Assembly (NCBI GenBank): GCA_002633005.1
Contig: NMRA01000408.1
Location: 310,001 to 374,000, forward strand
Reading direction: 5' to 3'
Source of the DNA: Phoronis australis
Lineage: Eukaryota; Animalia; Phoronida
DNA length: 64,000 bases
In this document: in pieces, positions 13,504 through 25,309 of the stretch
Numbering within the stretch: the stretch's first letter is position 1
Layout: the number at the start of each line of letters is the position of its first letter
Notes under the pieces: model-generated
Database searches by the model: none
What the model saw: only the letters and a program-made list of their open reading frames with translations
What the model was told of the DNA's origin: nothing
Made by a program: the position numbers and the translations under genes

Positions 13504-16249
13504 TTATCTGTCGCGGAGGGAACTCCAGCTTGACAAAATCGTCCATCATCTTTGTTCATCACCATGGCCAAGGGAACCTTTGTTTGCAGTGCTAACGATG
13601 CTACCGACCTCCAACCTGCACCAAACTTCATTGATTGAAACAAAAATTTCGTACAAGACCTGTTCATAATTGACAAAAATCATTTAAGGATCGGAAGAAA
13701 GTTCATTTTCGTAGACGTGTGAACATGTAAATCAAAAAGCACTAAATGTCCGCTTCATATTGAGTCTCAAATAGCATTGTCCTGGATATTGATTGAGAGA
13801 TCTTCTTTAATTAAATCAGTATTGAGAAATCTTTCGATGATTCAGTCGACCTAACCGCGTCAGTACGTAAATTTTGATGCAGTCCAGCGGTACCCTGTTA
13901 CGGTTTGTATTAAAAAAATCAAAAGAAAACCTTGCCTATACCGATACGACCGCCAATACTTGGGGGAACATAAAATCTGTCGTTGTCGATGAAAACGTCC
14001 GACAATCTAAACAACACACCCAACGTGGGGACGATAATTCTACACTTTATGGATAATGGTTTCTAAGAATGATTTTCAAAGGAAATGCTGTTCCTCGACT
14101 GGAAAATACGCCCTCAATAGCGACTAAAAGGAAAATCGAACCAGGCCTCTAGTCTCCTAAAATAGATGCCGTAATATTCCTCATTATTACCGAGACAGGA
14201 TTCTACCATCCTTTACCAACTCAAGTCTGTCATATGACCACCATTTTCGAATTCGCCATTTTAGGGTTGGCCAAATTTAATGAAGTCTGAAGCGTTTTTT
14301 TTCAGTTGAATCGCCGACGGTTTCAATGTTCTTGTTAGGAAATGTAATCCCATCACGGTAAGGGATATTACGAGACCAAATTTATGAAAGTAAAAGACGT
14401 AAGTCGCCGATTTTCGTTTTTTATTTTTTAGTCAGCTAAACAGAGTGAAATGCAATTTAAATGAATCTATTGATGGACAATCGGAAATTCTACTTATCCG
14501 CGAAAATAGTTAGGTACGTTGAAAAACTCGTTTTAATCTAATTTGTTGCTTTTCTTTACACTTCGTTGCTGATGCAGCCTCTAAAGTTTTGCCACCAGTC
14601 TTTTTTCCATTCGACGCTTCCTTTCTTAACCTTTTCTCATTTAGACCGAATGTCCGCGATAAATGCCAAAACAAGGTTGTTCCCTACGCCTCTGGCTACC
14701 GTAGGAGCCTTCGACAGTTATGTCGACTCGGCGGAGTAGCTCTCAATTTTGAGGCGACTGGCCGTACGTGTGACCGGAGGAAGCAGCTTAGTAACTATGG
14801 GTACCGTCGCGTGGCGACGGGTGGCTCAAATTACCAGCGGGTTCCCAAGACCTCAATCACACACTGACTGCTAGCTACGTAGCACGAGGTATATTTGTTA
14901 TGCGGGACTACATTGTCAGGCTGTGGTAAATGCTGCGATTCATATAACCATGGCTATGGGCGCTCGGTGAAAGGGCACTGCTACTACGCTCACATATTCA
15001 AGCCGACACTACAATTCCCATTGAAAAAAAAAGCCCGTCACACGTTCAAGACAATAACAAGCGCATTTGGAAACACAGACCGAAATATCACCTGTGCACA
15101 AAACTTAAAATTGTTTCTAAAGCATTCGTCCAACACTTACATTTCAATGATGTGATGAATATAAGTTCTGCTCAATGAACGTGCAACAGTGCTGGCAGTT
15201 TGTTCTCTAGATCGAAATAAGCTCAAAAGTACGAATTTCGTTTTACGATTCTAACATAAAACTGCTCCCAACAAAAATGTGTGTACACTCATTGGAGCTA
15301 GGAGCTGGGAATGGATTTACTCTTGCCCAGAAGAAATGAATAGAAAAGACCACAATAAGACATTGTTTACTCCAGTATTGCAACATTTCTCGTGGGAGAC
15401 TGTTCATGTGGAAGTCTGTGGCAAAAGAATTAAATTTGGTAAGAGGAGAGAATTTGATGGGGAGGAAAATGGGGTGCCAATGTCAGAATGCAAGCCCAGC
15501 TCACTGCAACCTTACCCTGGGTCATGGTGTAACTCTTGTGTCCAGTAAAAAGCTTCTTGAGTTCAAGCAAGTATTTGCCTAACCTGTGAGGCTTCCATAT
15601 GAAATTATGGGTGCGGGACTTTTAACCAATGAACAAACGCACAATACCAATCGCATACTGAACTTCGTAGGCATACCTAACACATTTGAGATTAAAACAA
15701 GCACCAAGGTGTACTGTAGTCTATAATTTTTATTCTATACCAAATGGGCACATGGGAAAACCAAGGAGCGATATCCACATATAGGACTAGCATTCACTTT
15801 TTAACCAATTGGGGTATTAACTTACATACTTACTTGTGCCAATCACAACCAAATCTACTCCATAATTTAAGAGATTTTTTTAAAAATTACAATTCCACAA
15901 ACACTCACTACAACGATTATTACAATCTCATGATTGACCATCAAACAAGTACTCCTGATTTTCTTTACGTAAAGAGGTAATATCAGGATACGCGCGTCTC
16001 GACATGTCTCAGAACATCCAACTTTCTACAATATTAACAATATTCTGTCACAATAAGATAAGATCTGAATAAACGTATTCCCGACAAAGATCAATAAAAA
16101 AACTCTATACAATCTTGGAGTAACAAGGATACATCCACAATATCTTCTAATAATAAATGTATACAGGTAACAAATGCGGCCTAGATTTATCAACAGAATG
16201 TACACACACAGGTGAATGCCGCTCCCTAGGGCTAGACAGGTAACGCAGG

Positions 16250-19200
16250 TTAATCAACCATAATCTCAAAGCGGACAGAGCCAGGCAGTAAGTTGCGATT
16301 GTTGTTGTGCAAGTCCATGGTCCAGGCGCGACACCAGACCTGCACTAGAGTGCCCTTGGCGATGTTCTGGAACTGGACGAAGACCAGGGGTGAGCGGTAG
16401 CCCTCCTGGTTGAGAAACGGGAAGTATTCCTTGTAGAAGCCCTTCTCTGGATAGAACTTGAGTGGCCCAATGTTTTCGCGATCAGCAGGGTGCTGCAACA
16501 ACACAAGACCACTACAGCCAAGGAACAAAACAATACATTCAAACCGCATTACACGGAACCTCAAGAGACCTTCCCAAAAAATTCTTTGTTGAGGAAGTTT
16601 GCTGCACCCAAAGCAACTTATTTACGAAACAAATGACCCGAGTCTTCCTATGGTAAGCGAGCACACACGTTGCAGCGTAGTTTGACTATACATTGCTTAT
16701 CAACTAGAGTGAAAGATTAAGCTGCCTACGTCTGCTGAACTTACGATCAACATCCAAGCAAAATGCGGTCTCTTTGTATCTAGTTAGATACCACTATACA
16801 CAGTTAAATTGAATTTGCTTTTGCCCATTACCGAAATGTTACCCTTATTCCTTTGACATTACATAACATGCTTGGTGAACAAATTATCCCATAATATCAA
16901 TATCTGTAAGACGATACGTGAAAAAAACAAATTAAAATGAAGATGCGTGCAGTCTGTGGCACTTAGTGTGAATGATAGAATAAACCTCTTACTGCACATG
17001 CTCACTATGACCCAGACAGTCTGCACTGTCAAGAACTTTAAAGCGCCCCCTGGTGGCTATCTCGACAAGTAGCAACTTGCTTGCAAAAATTGTATCTAAA
17101 TGATTCTCATTTGCCATACTTAAATCTCAAATCGCGTGGCAAAATTGTCGGAGAATTACGTGCATTCTGATGTTGGTGAAAGGTCATTTCTGAATGAATT
17201 GTTTAACAACAAAATCGATTGGTTTAGCCACTTAAAAATAGGTGTGCCCTGAAAATGAACAGCAAATGGTTTAAATATAACTCTAATCTAATGACTGTCG
17301 CACAAATGTGCCAGCGGCATCAGAGGGCCAATAATTCCTTTGCTCTGCGGTCTTCCATAAAGAGACTTATGACACAAGGGTTTACGTGTATTAAACCCGA
17401 CACACTGTTTCCCAGCCTTAAAACACATAACCTTATTTAGAGCAAAAAGGAGATAGATGTTGAATGTGGCTTTCTAAAACCGTTCTGCGTTGGTGGCGTG
17501 TTACAACTATTATCAAAATCTTTTGGCCTAATTACACCGACCTCTCGTCTATTTACACTGTCAAGACGTTTCGATCAGTCTATTCTCCAGCCATCGTCAG
17601 GTGTTCCTGAGTTCTTAGAAGAACGAGCACGGATATGTGGTACACTCATTAAGGTGTGATTTTTTTTGTCCAAGGCAGGATTTGAACTGGGATGACTCTG
17701 TGGTGTAGTGGTTAAGGTGCTGGACTCAAATTATCTGTAGTTTCAGAACTCGTGGGTTCAAATCCTGCCTTGGACAAAAAAATCACACCATGATGCGTGT
17801 ACCACATATCCTTGCTTGTTCTTCTAAGAACACAGGAACACTTGACGAAGGCCGGGGAATAGACCAACCGAAACGTTGTGACAGTGTAAATAGACAAGAG
17901 GTCGGTGTAAATAGACCAAGAGATTTTAATAATAGTTGTAATATGTTGAACGTGTCATAGCCACTCAAAGTGACGCCAAAGTGACTGAAGGGCCAGATCA
18001 ATAGCGCTTAGTATTTGTTGATATGCCATGAACCTTTAGCAATACAGAAAGGTAATACCAGATCAAGTAATATCAGGCTCCAGCAAACGCAGTAATACGA
18101 GACAAGCGAATGTTTGTAGTACCCAAAGGCAAAACAGAAGACTAATGTAAATGTGACATCGGGAAATGCCAAGGCACTGGTTATTTATGATCTGTTACTA
18201 TGGACGAGAATTATAAATACAGTTCAACGTGTTTTGACGATTTGCTTTAATTTAAACTCTGACCAGAGGGACTGATTTTCAATCTCAAGCAGTCAAATAT
18301 GACAGATACCTTTACATAGGATACAACCTTTCATCAAAACACCTTACCTGTCCCTCACAGGTGACTGCAATGTGCTTGCCAGAGGGATTCAGTCCGTTCT
18401 TAGCACGGGCTTCAATAACAGTCTTGGAGCCATTGTAGTCAGCTGCCATTATGTCGGGCACCCAGTTGTACACCTGAAGTGGAAATAAGACAAGGATGAA
18501 TGTATCCGGAAATGGATACACGATTCAACGCATCCACTGCACTGGCTATTTATAGTTCAGACAGGTTCTTTCCTTTGTTTTCACCAGCTATTTATTATTA
18601 TCTTGATAATTTATTTCAACAAATAGTAGAAATTAACAACAAAAGTCAGGCGGAAAAAAACATTCACTCGCACATTCACACTTTCACGACTTGTAATGAC
18701 CAAGGACAAAAAGGGTAAAATTTTCCAGGTGATGTATTGCTCCACAAACAAATAGGCTTGCGTGAAAGACATATTTTTTGTGTAGTAAAATTTAACTGAA
18801 ATGAACATTTTTAAATGTACAAAGTCAAAAAATGATAAGAAAGCGGAAGAGGAAACTGAAAATCAAATGTCATTTCATTTGCCAAGCACAGTCACCAGCC
18901 ATGATAAACTATTGAGATGATTGCAAGACCAAAAACCCCTTCGAGAGAAGAACAAGTGGAGACCGAGCATGGGTTTATTAATGCTTTAAGTTTCAAGGCT
19001 GACCATGAGTCCAGTCACAGTTCGAAGATAAGACTCTGAGCCCAGGATACACTAATCAATGACTAGTTACCTTGTTAAGTTTGAGCAGTACACATGGCTT
19101 GCCCTCGTCATATCCATAGTCTCGGCTCCAAGTGCACTGATCGCCCAGCTGCTGGATGTCGAAGACACACACCTTCGACTTGTCTGTCTTTACTTCGTTG

Positions 19201-22200
19201 TCCTGGCAACCAACGAAGGCATCGCCCTCTTGGTAGCTCTTCTCATACTCTAGAGAAAGGGAACGCGAGACTTTGTAGGACTGAAGGCATGGCGGGTACA
19301 AAGGAGAGTGGCGATTGTCCTTGGTCACCCTACATCTATGACGCCTAAATTCATGCACCATGAATAATCCTTACTGGGACGATTAACCAATAAAAAAGTG
19401 CCCAACCTTATGCAAGCTTGGTCAACACTATTCAAGCTTTTTGGGCCTACACTAAGCTTGCATAACCTTGATGGCAAAGTTGCAGTTGTCTTTATGTTAG
19501 TGCACTTAATTCAATTGCGCAGCACGAGCTATGTCATTATCCAGGAGCAGGTCGTGAAATTTGATAATTCTGATCACCAGGTTGGGAGAACACAAGCTTT
19601 GCTAAAGTGATAGAATTTGCTACTAAAAATTGTCAGCTTGAATTGTGTTACTGACCAGCAATCTTATTAAAGCATGCACAGCAAAACAAGAGGCAAGGTA
19701 TTCCAAGGCTGGACTTTTATGTTGGAAAAGGTTACTGGCCCAACCAGATTATACACAATTTCTTGACAAGCCTGATTTACTTTATTCATTAAACAGTCTT
19801 TTAAGATAATCGAGCAATAAGTAGTAAGGGAGAAAATGAATTCAAGTGTGGAGAAAAAGATCAACTTAGAGCTGTTCCAGCAAAATCTGTATGGGAGGGG
19901 GGGAAGGCNCAAGCCTGGAAAAAAAGATCAACTTTAATCTTTAATACATGTTTAACTACCTAGGATGCAATGAAGAGAGCCGAACAACATTAATTGCTGG
20001 GTAAGATACGCCACGCTTAAGATCCTCAGTGAACACAAATCTCACTGAGACTTTTTGGGTGAGGCTATAACCTACATGAGGGGTGTACCCTATTTAGAAA
20101 GTCAAAGTCTTATTAGGAAATTATGAATCAGGTTTAAGAAATCTAAATACATGAGTTATGTGTGAAAGGGTTTTTTGAAATATCAAGTAGACACCCGGAC
20201 AGCAGTAGCACGACAACAATATGCTACTACTGGGCCCCTAAAAAGGTCACTCGTGCGTAGTATCTGAAACCCGTCAGAGCTGTGTGACACGTGTCACAAT
20301 ATGAAGGTAGCTCTGTTATCGCTAAAACTGTTGACCAAACGTGCCCTAAACGTGCATCTGTCAGAATATAGGCACAGTTTTTGTATTGGGTTGTTTTAAT
20401 CTGTTTTAAGTTACCTGTGATGACCTAAATTGACCGTGAACACACCTCTAGGCCTACACAACATTTCGGAGAACTTTTTACTGTCAAAGTAAGAAACACA
20501 GAACATTTATGACAGAAAACTATATTTTATTTTCTGTAATTTCTAATACCTGGTAAGTTGGTAACCCGCTACAATTAGACTCTATGAAGCCCATATTAAC
20601 AGGCCTCCACTGTACATTCACATCCAGCCAAGACGCACTATTTATGTAATCTTCAAAGTACGAGCTAACTTACGGTCAAGGAAGGCCCTGATGTTATCCG
20701 TGTAGAGCTTGTAGCTGCTGGGCTTTCCCTGTTCAAAGTGGATAAGTGTGCTGATGTAGTCTGGCATTGGTCGGAATCCCATACCTGGAAAACAGATGCA
20801 AAAGACAATAATAAACGGTGCAACTGTATATCCCGTAAGACATAACAATGCAGGGTTGACCAGGAGGTGAGGTTTTCAATGGTGCTCAAGTTCAACCATA
20901 GATGAAACAATAAAACAACCCCAGTAGCAATCTCTTGAATTATCAAAGAAACTACCAGTTTTAGAGAACAACTAATTTTGACAACAAAGGAAACAGAATC
21001 TTGTCTTGAAAGGGAACTTAGTCAATACAAGCTACTAAATTGTTCCAGTAACGAGGCTCAACATTTAGGAAATCAACTCGCCAAATGAGACCTCAGAGTT
21101 TACCAAGCAGGAACTGAGGTCCATTGAACAGGAGAGTTGCAAAAGCCCAGGCCCCTACAAATGACGCATGGTCAAGGCAAGCGCCGAAAATGACATAAAT
21201 GAGATACACCAGATGACAAACCAACAAGCTTGGCAAATGTTTGCCAAACTCTGCAAATCGCCGCACTCGCCAAATGGCCACCGGTGCACTCGAGATCCCA
21301 TTTTTACAGTTGGTGCCTGGTGCCCAACATGGACACCGAAGCACGAACTAGGTTTCACACGAGCAAGGGAACAGACCTGGGTTCAGCTTCAGCATGCTGG
21401 CACCATCCTGCAGCTTGGGATAGTTGGAGTCCATGGTGAGGAAGAAGATCTGTAATAATGCGATCCACCAGGCAGCCAGGCAAGCATATAGTACCAAGTA
21501 GAACAGACCAATCTTACCTGTAATCAAACCAACCATGCATTAGCTAGGCATATTTAGTTCAGAGTGAAAGTGTTAGTGTCAAAAGTGTACAGAGGATAAT
21601 CCAGAGATATCAAGTTCTTACATGCTGGTACGGCGTTACTGTTCTTCACGACCGCCATTGAAAGGTTTTAGAGCACAAGTTCAGTTGTCGACATGAAAGG
21701 TGAATCAGCGCTCTCTAACCGACATGTGCATACGAGTAGCTAAGTTTGCAATGTGAAAAGAGAGAAAATGGTACTTGAAAAAGTAACCGTGATTTTACTA
21801 GGTCTGACCTCCTATATGATTGTCATCAAAGTCATTGAAGTTGAGTGCAAACTCAATAACTTTTTGTTTGCAGCCCAAATTTAGCAACCGAACTCCACGT
21901 TTGAAAAATATCCTGTCAAAAGAAATCCGTGAAACGTTGCCCTAGCCGAATGATGCATTCGGATGCATGGGAACAATTCCATGCAAATTTCTCAGCAAAA
22001 ATGTAGGACTTACGCTATTTACGCACACAATTAGTTTTCCATGAAATGAAAAGCCTCGAAATAATTATTGACTCCGTATGGGTTTCCATCTGCTAATTCA
22101 AGTTTGCTTCTCAATACCTTCCATGTACGGGAAAAAATAGGTCAGTCAAAAAAACATGCATGTCACTAGTGTTAACTTTTTTCAAAGGTATAAAACAAAG

Positions 22201-25001
22201 CCGAAGGTTTGGTGTTTACATATTGAGAAACGACTTTTTTGAAAACTGAATTTGCATAAAATGAGAGCGGCTCTATATAGGCTACGTGTCAATTTCAAAC
22301 CAGGCGAGGTCATTTATAGTGAACTATGACGGGTGCTAGCCTGAACTGGGGGCGCTTAATTGAAAATTTTAAAAAGTTGAGGGGGGACGCTTAGTAGAGC
22401 AGCGAGCGCTTATTATGAAACATTACAAAAGGTAGGGAGTAGGCTCATGCGCGAGCATAGTCATTAACCCGAGTGCTTGGGGTAATAAGACATTGAAAAA
22501 TTGCAGTAAGAAAACGTTATAACAAGATGTTGCAAGGCAAACGCTATCTAGTAAGGTTGACTTTCTGGTTATCGTCACCACATATATTGTACCATGTAAG
22601 CCACTCAGAAAGTCTTGTTTTTAATTGCCCGCTTCAGCTGGAACAAGATTCTTTCTATTGGTGTCTGAAAAATATATGGCTTAGTCCAGAGAGCGAAAAA
22701 ATGGCAGCAACGTAAAACGAGAATGAAAAGTTCGCTAACCACAATTTTGCATCTACCCGTTTAGTTGCAAGAGCTGGCTACGGGAATAGAACATCGAGCC
22801 TAGGGAACATCGACCCAGGGAAACATCGGAACAGGAAAATATCAGTTCTTGGCTACATCGGTTCGGGTAATATCGTAAAGCTTCAGGTCTTTTATAACAA
22901 CCGGGAATCTTGTCATTGTTAAATGAGCCGAGACGTCATACTCTTTCATTTAGGACCGCCGCTGTTCTTTTGATATGTAGCTTTGGAGTGGTGTGCACGC
23001 GCAAGTTAACGCACTTGAATCTCTAGAGTAGGCTTACACTTTACGTTGTCAACAATATGTGACAGACGACTCATAGGTCGCACATAGCCCAAGAAACAGG
23101 TAAAGGGTTTGAGCATGTCTTAGTGACTCAAGAACTACTTTACTGAAAGTAAAGACATGGCCATCGTTTGGCGATTAATAGGACTGCCATTTTTCCCGTT
23201 AACTGTCTTTTGCGACAAAACATGAGCCTCACATTTCCGAGTCACGATCGTCTGTTGGTACTGCTTATAGCACGCTAACAACGGGACCAACCAGTGCCGC
23301 AGTGCGATATCAGGGATATTTGATAAGGATATCTTACATGAAAAATAGATGTTTTTCCATCACAAAGTGGTTTGTTTAAGAATTAGTAGAAACACCGCAG
23401 TTTTGTGACGTTTCATCATGTGTTTGCTGTGATCCAAAACTTTGTTTGGCACATCTAGAAATTTTCAGAAGTAGCTGAAAATATTAGCCAGTGAAACGCG
23501 TCAAAGATCAATTCTGCATTATCTCATGGCTCAGACAATGAAATGAGCGGAGGACCTTTCAAAATACTGGATTTTGTATAGACTTTCATTTTGAAGTTAT
23601 TGAATAAACTAATTGTCAATGACATTTTCTATTTCCACTTCACTGTACTATGCTATTAGATTGGTGGATACACCACTACAAGGCGCCGCAGCCGCAGTGA
23701 CACTGGCAGGAACAAAGCTTGTTTGGTCAATTTTCAAAAAAATTTGGACTCCCAGCTTAGGAATCCTGCACAAACCCTGGGCTTTCGGGTTTATTGTGTT
23801 GTATGCCTGAACTAAAGAGAAATGTTTACGGATTTGTCTTCACAAAATACATTTCATCTTGAATTCGTACATTATTGTTTGTCTTGATGCTATAGGAAAT
23901 AAGGACGGATGACGAGCTTAAACGGAGATTTTCAGTGATTTTATCACACAGCCTTTCCATTGTTGTACTTCAAAACAGACAACATGAATCTCGAACACTC
24001 TGAATGTACACGCCCGACTACTGTGCCCAATTCCACTGCATTGCTTTTACGAATGAGTGGGCGGATATTATGTTGTGAAGCGTGACTTCCGGTTGTCACG
24101 ACACGCAGTCAGATAAAGCCTCTCTAAGCCGCTTGCCAAGTGGCAATTGCCTTTTGGCCGAATGGTTTAGATGCTTGACTGTCGCTCGTGCAACCCGGGT
24201 TCAAGTCCCGGTCATCACCAAATTTTCTACAATTATCAGGATCCCAAAGATTTATCAAGGGCTGAGATCCCACATTAATTTCTCAACGTCATTTTTAGAA
24301 ATAGATGGGATTTGACAAGTAAGATACTGTATGTCAGAATCTCATGGAGGGCATTGAGTATAAAACTCGTCAGTGGTGAAGGTTAACTAGGGCTAAAAGG
24401 CAGCTTGAACTCGTTTAGTGTAATGGTGAGGAACTGAGCTTGCTCCTGAGCCTCAGTGACAATTTCCCATGATCTTTGGTTAGACAGTTTACCACAATGT
24501 GGTGTATGCAGCAACATGGTGTGCAATATTTAAGTTCTCTGAGGATTTATAACAAATTTTTATGTGATTGATTTCTTAAACTTCACGGTTTGTCTTGTAA
24601 CTAGGTCAGAAAACTCCTCAAAAATTTATTCAAAGATTCGAATGTCAACCAGCAGATCTACAACTTTCATACTTCGATGCAAAGACAAATGAAGAACGTC
24701 AATTGATGACTGTGAGATAAGTTTGCTTATTCCTTCAAACTTCTTTCCATGTTTAGTAAATTATCTGCGAAATAACTCCGAACAGTGCAGCGGCTCGGGA
24801 CACTGGCTGTAAACTGCTGCACCACTTTGGAACTAATCAATGTGAAATTCAAAGAGAAAGACACAAACCCCAACTTGAAGCATTGCGTCCTAAAACTTCT
24901 TTTCTAGCCGGATTGTATAGAAATGTTCTTAGGCCTTCTAGTTTTGCCGCTGCTCCCGTTTTTTTCTGAGGCTGCTTGAAGTCGACTTCGTTGGACGCCA
25001 T
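16250..25001 (-). CDS. ATP1B: Na+/K+-transporting ATPase subunit beta (6 coding exons: 24869-25001, 21377-21517, 20674-20784, 19071-19249, 18348-18473, 16250-16492; 310 aa)
   Basis: All introns GT-AG and phase-consistent; spliced length 933 nt. Translation shows family motifs: [36 protein letters not shown] (single TM), NPGMGFRP, C...DYGYDEGKPCVLLKLNKVYNWVP, TCEGQHPADRENIG, YFPFLNQEGYRSPLVFVQF, VWCRAW...GSVRFEIMVD*. Confidence 0.95.
17501..17687 (-). mobile_element. 5'-truncated copy of tRNA-headed, hammerhead-containing SINE-like element
   Basis: Reverse complement aligns with 17756-17941; begins at the B box; contains CTGACGA (17594-17600) and GAAACGTC. Confidence 0.75.
17694..17941 (+). 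mobile_element. SINE-like element: tRNA-Leu(CAA)-derived head (17694-17776) plus body with degenerate minimal hammerhead
   Basis: A box TGGTGTAGTGG, AAGGTGCTGGACTCAAA anticodon arm, long variable arm, B box GGTTCAAATCC; acceptor stem unpaired; body has TTGACGA...GAAACGTTGTG. Confidence 0.7.
24148..24220 (+). pseudogene. tRNA-like pseudogene or SINE head
   Basis: A box TGGCCGAATGG, T arm CCGGG-TTCAAGT-CCCGG, ends in ACCA; acceptor and anticodon stems do not pair properly. Confidence 0.55.
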
Positions 25002-25309
25002 TTTTAAGTCGAGAAGGACAAAACACCCGGATGTTAAGGGACTGTTAAAAACTGTACTTCAAATACGCAATTAGTCTCAAATTTAAATGCCTTGGTTATC
25101 AGAATAAATCACAATAAAACTATTTATTCTACTAAAAACACAAAATAATTTTTAAAATGCGTAAAATTTAACCAATGTTGAAACTGTACAAAATATAGAA
25201 ACATTTTGATTGTTTACAAATTCATAATTTGTAGCCACTGAAGAAGCACGTTGCGAAAGAACTCGGGATTCGTCTTTGGTCACTGCTTGTTATTGATTGC
25301 TGCTCAGAA
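25002..25309. promoter_or_regulatory. Probable bidirectional promoter between ATP1B and WDR4
   Basis: Only 308 bp separate the two divergent start codons (25001 minus, 25310 plus); AT-rich core. Promoter activity is inferred, and upstream non-coding exons cannot be excluded. Confidence 0.6.

Noticed and set aside
17694-17776. Functional tRNA-Leu(CAA)
   Set aside because: Acceptor stem is broken and the sequence runs directly into a repeated element body.
24148-24220. Functional tRNA gene
   Set aside because: A/B boxes and T arm are present but acceptor and anticodon stems do not pair.
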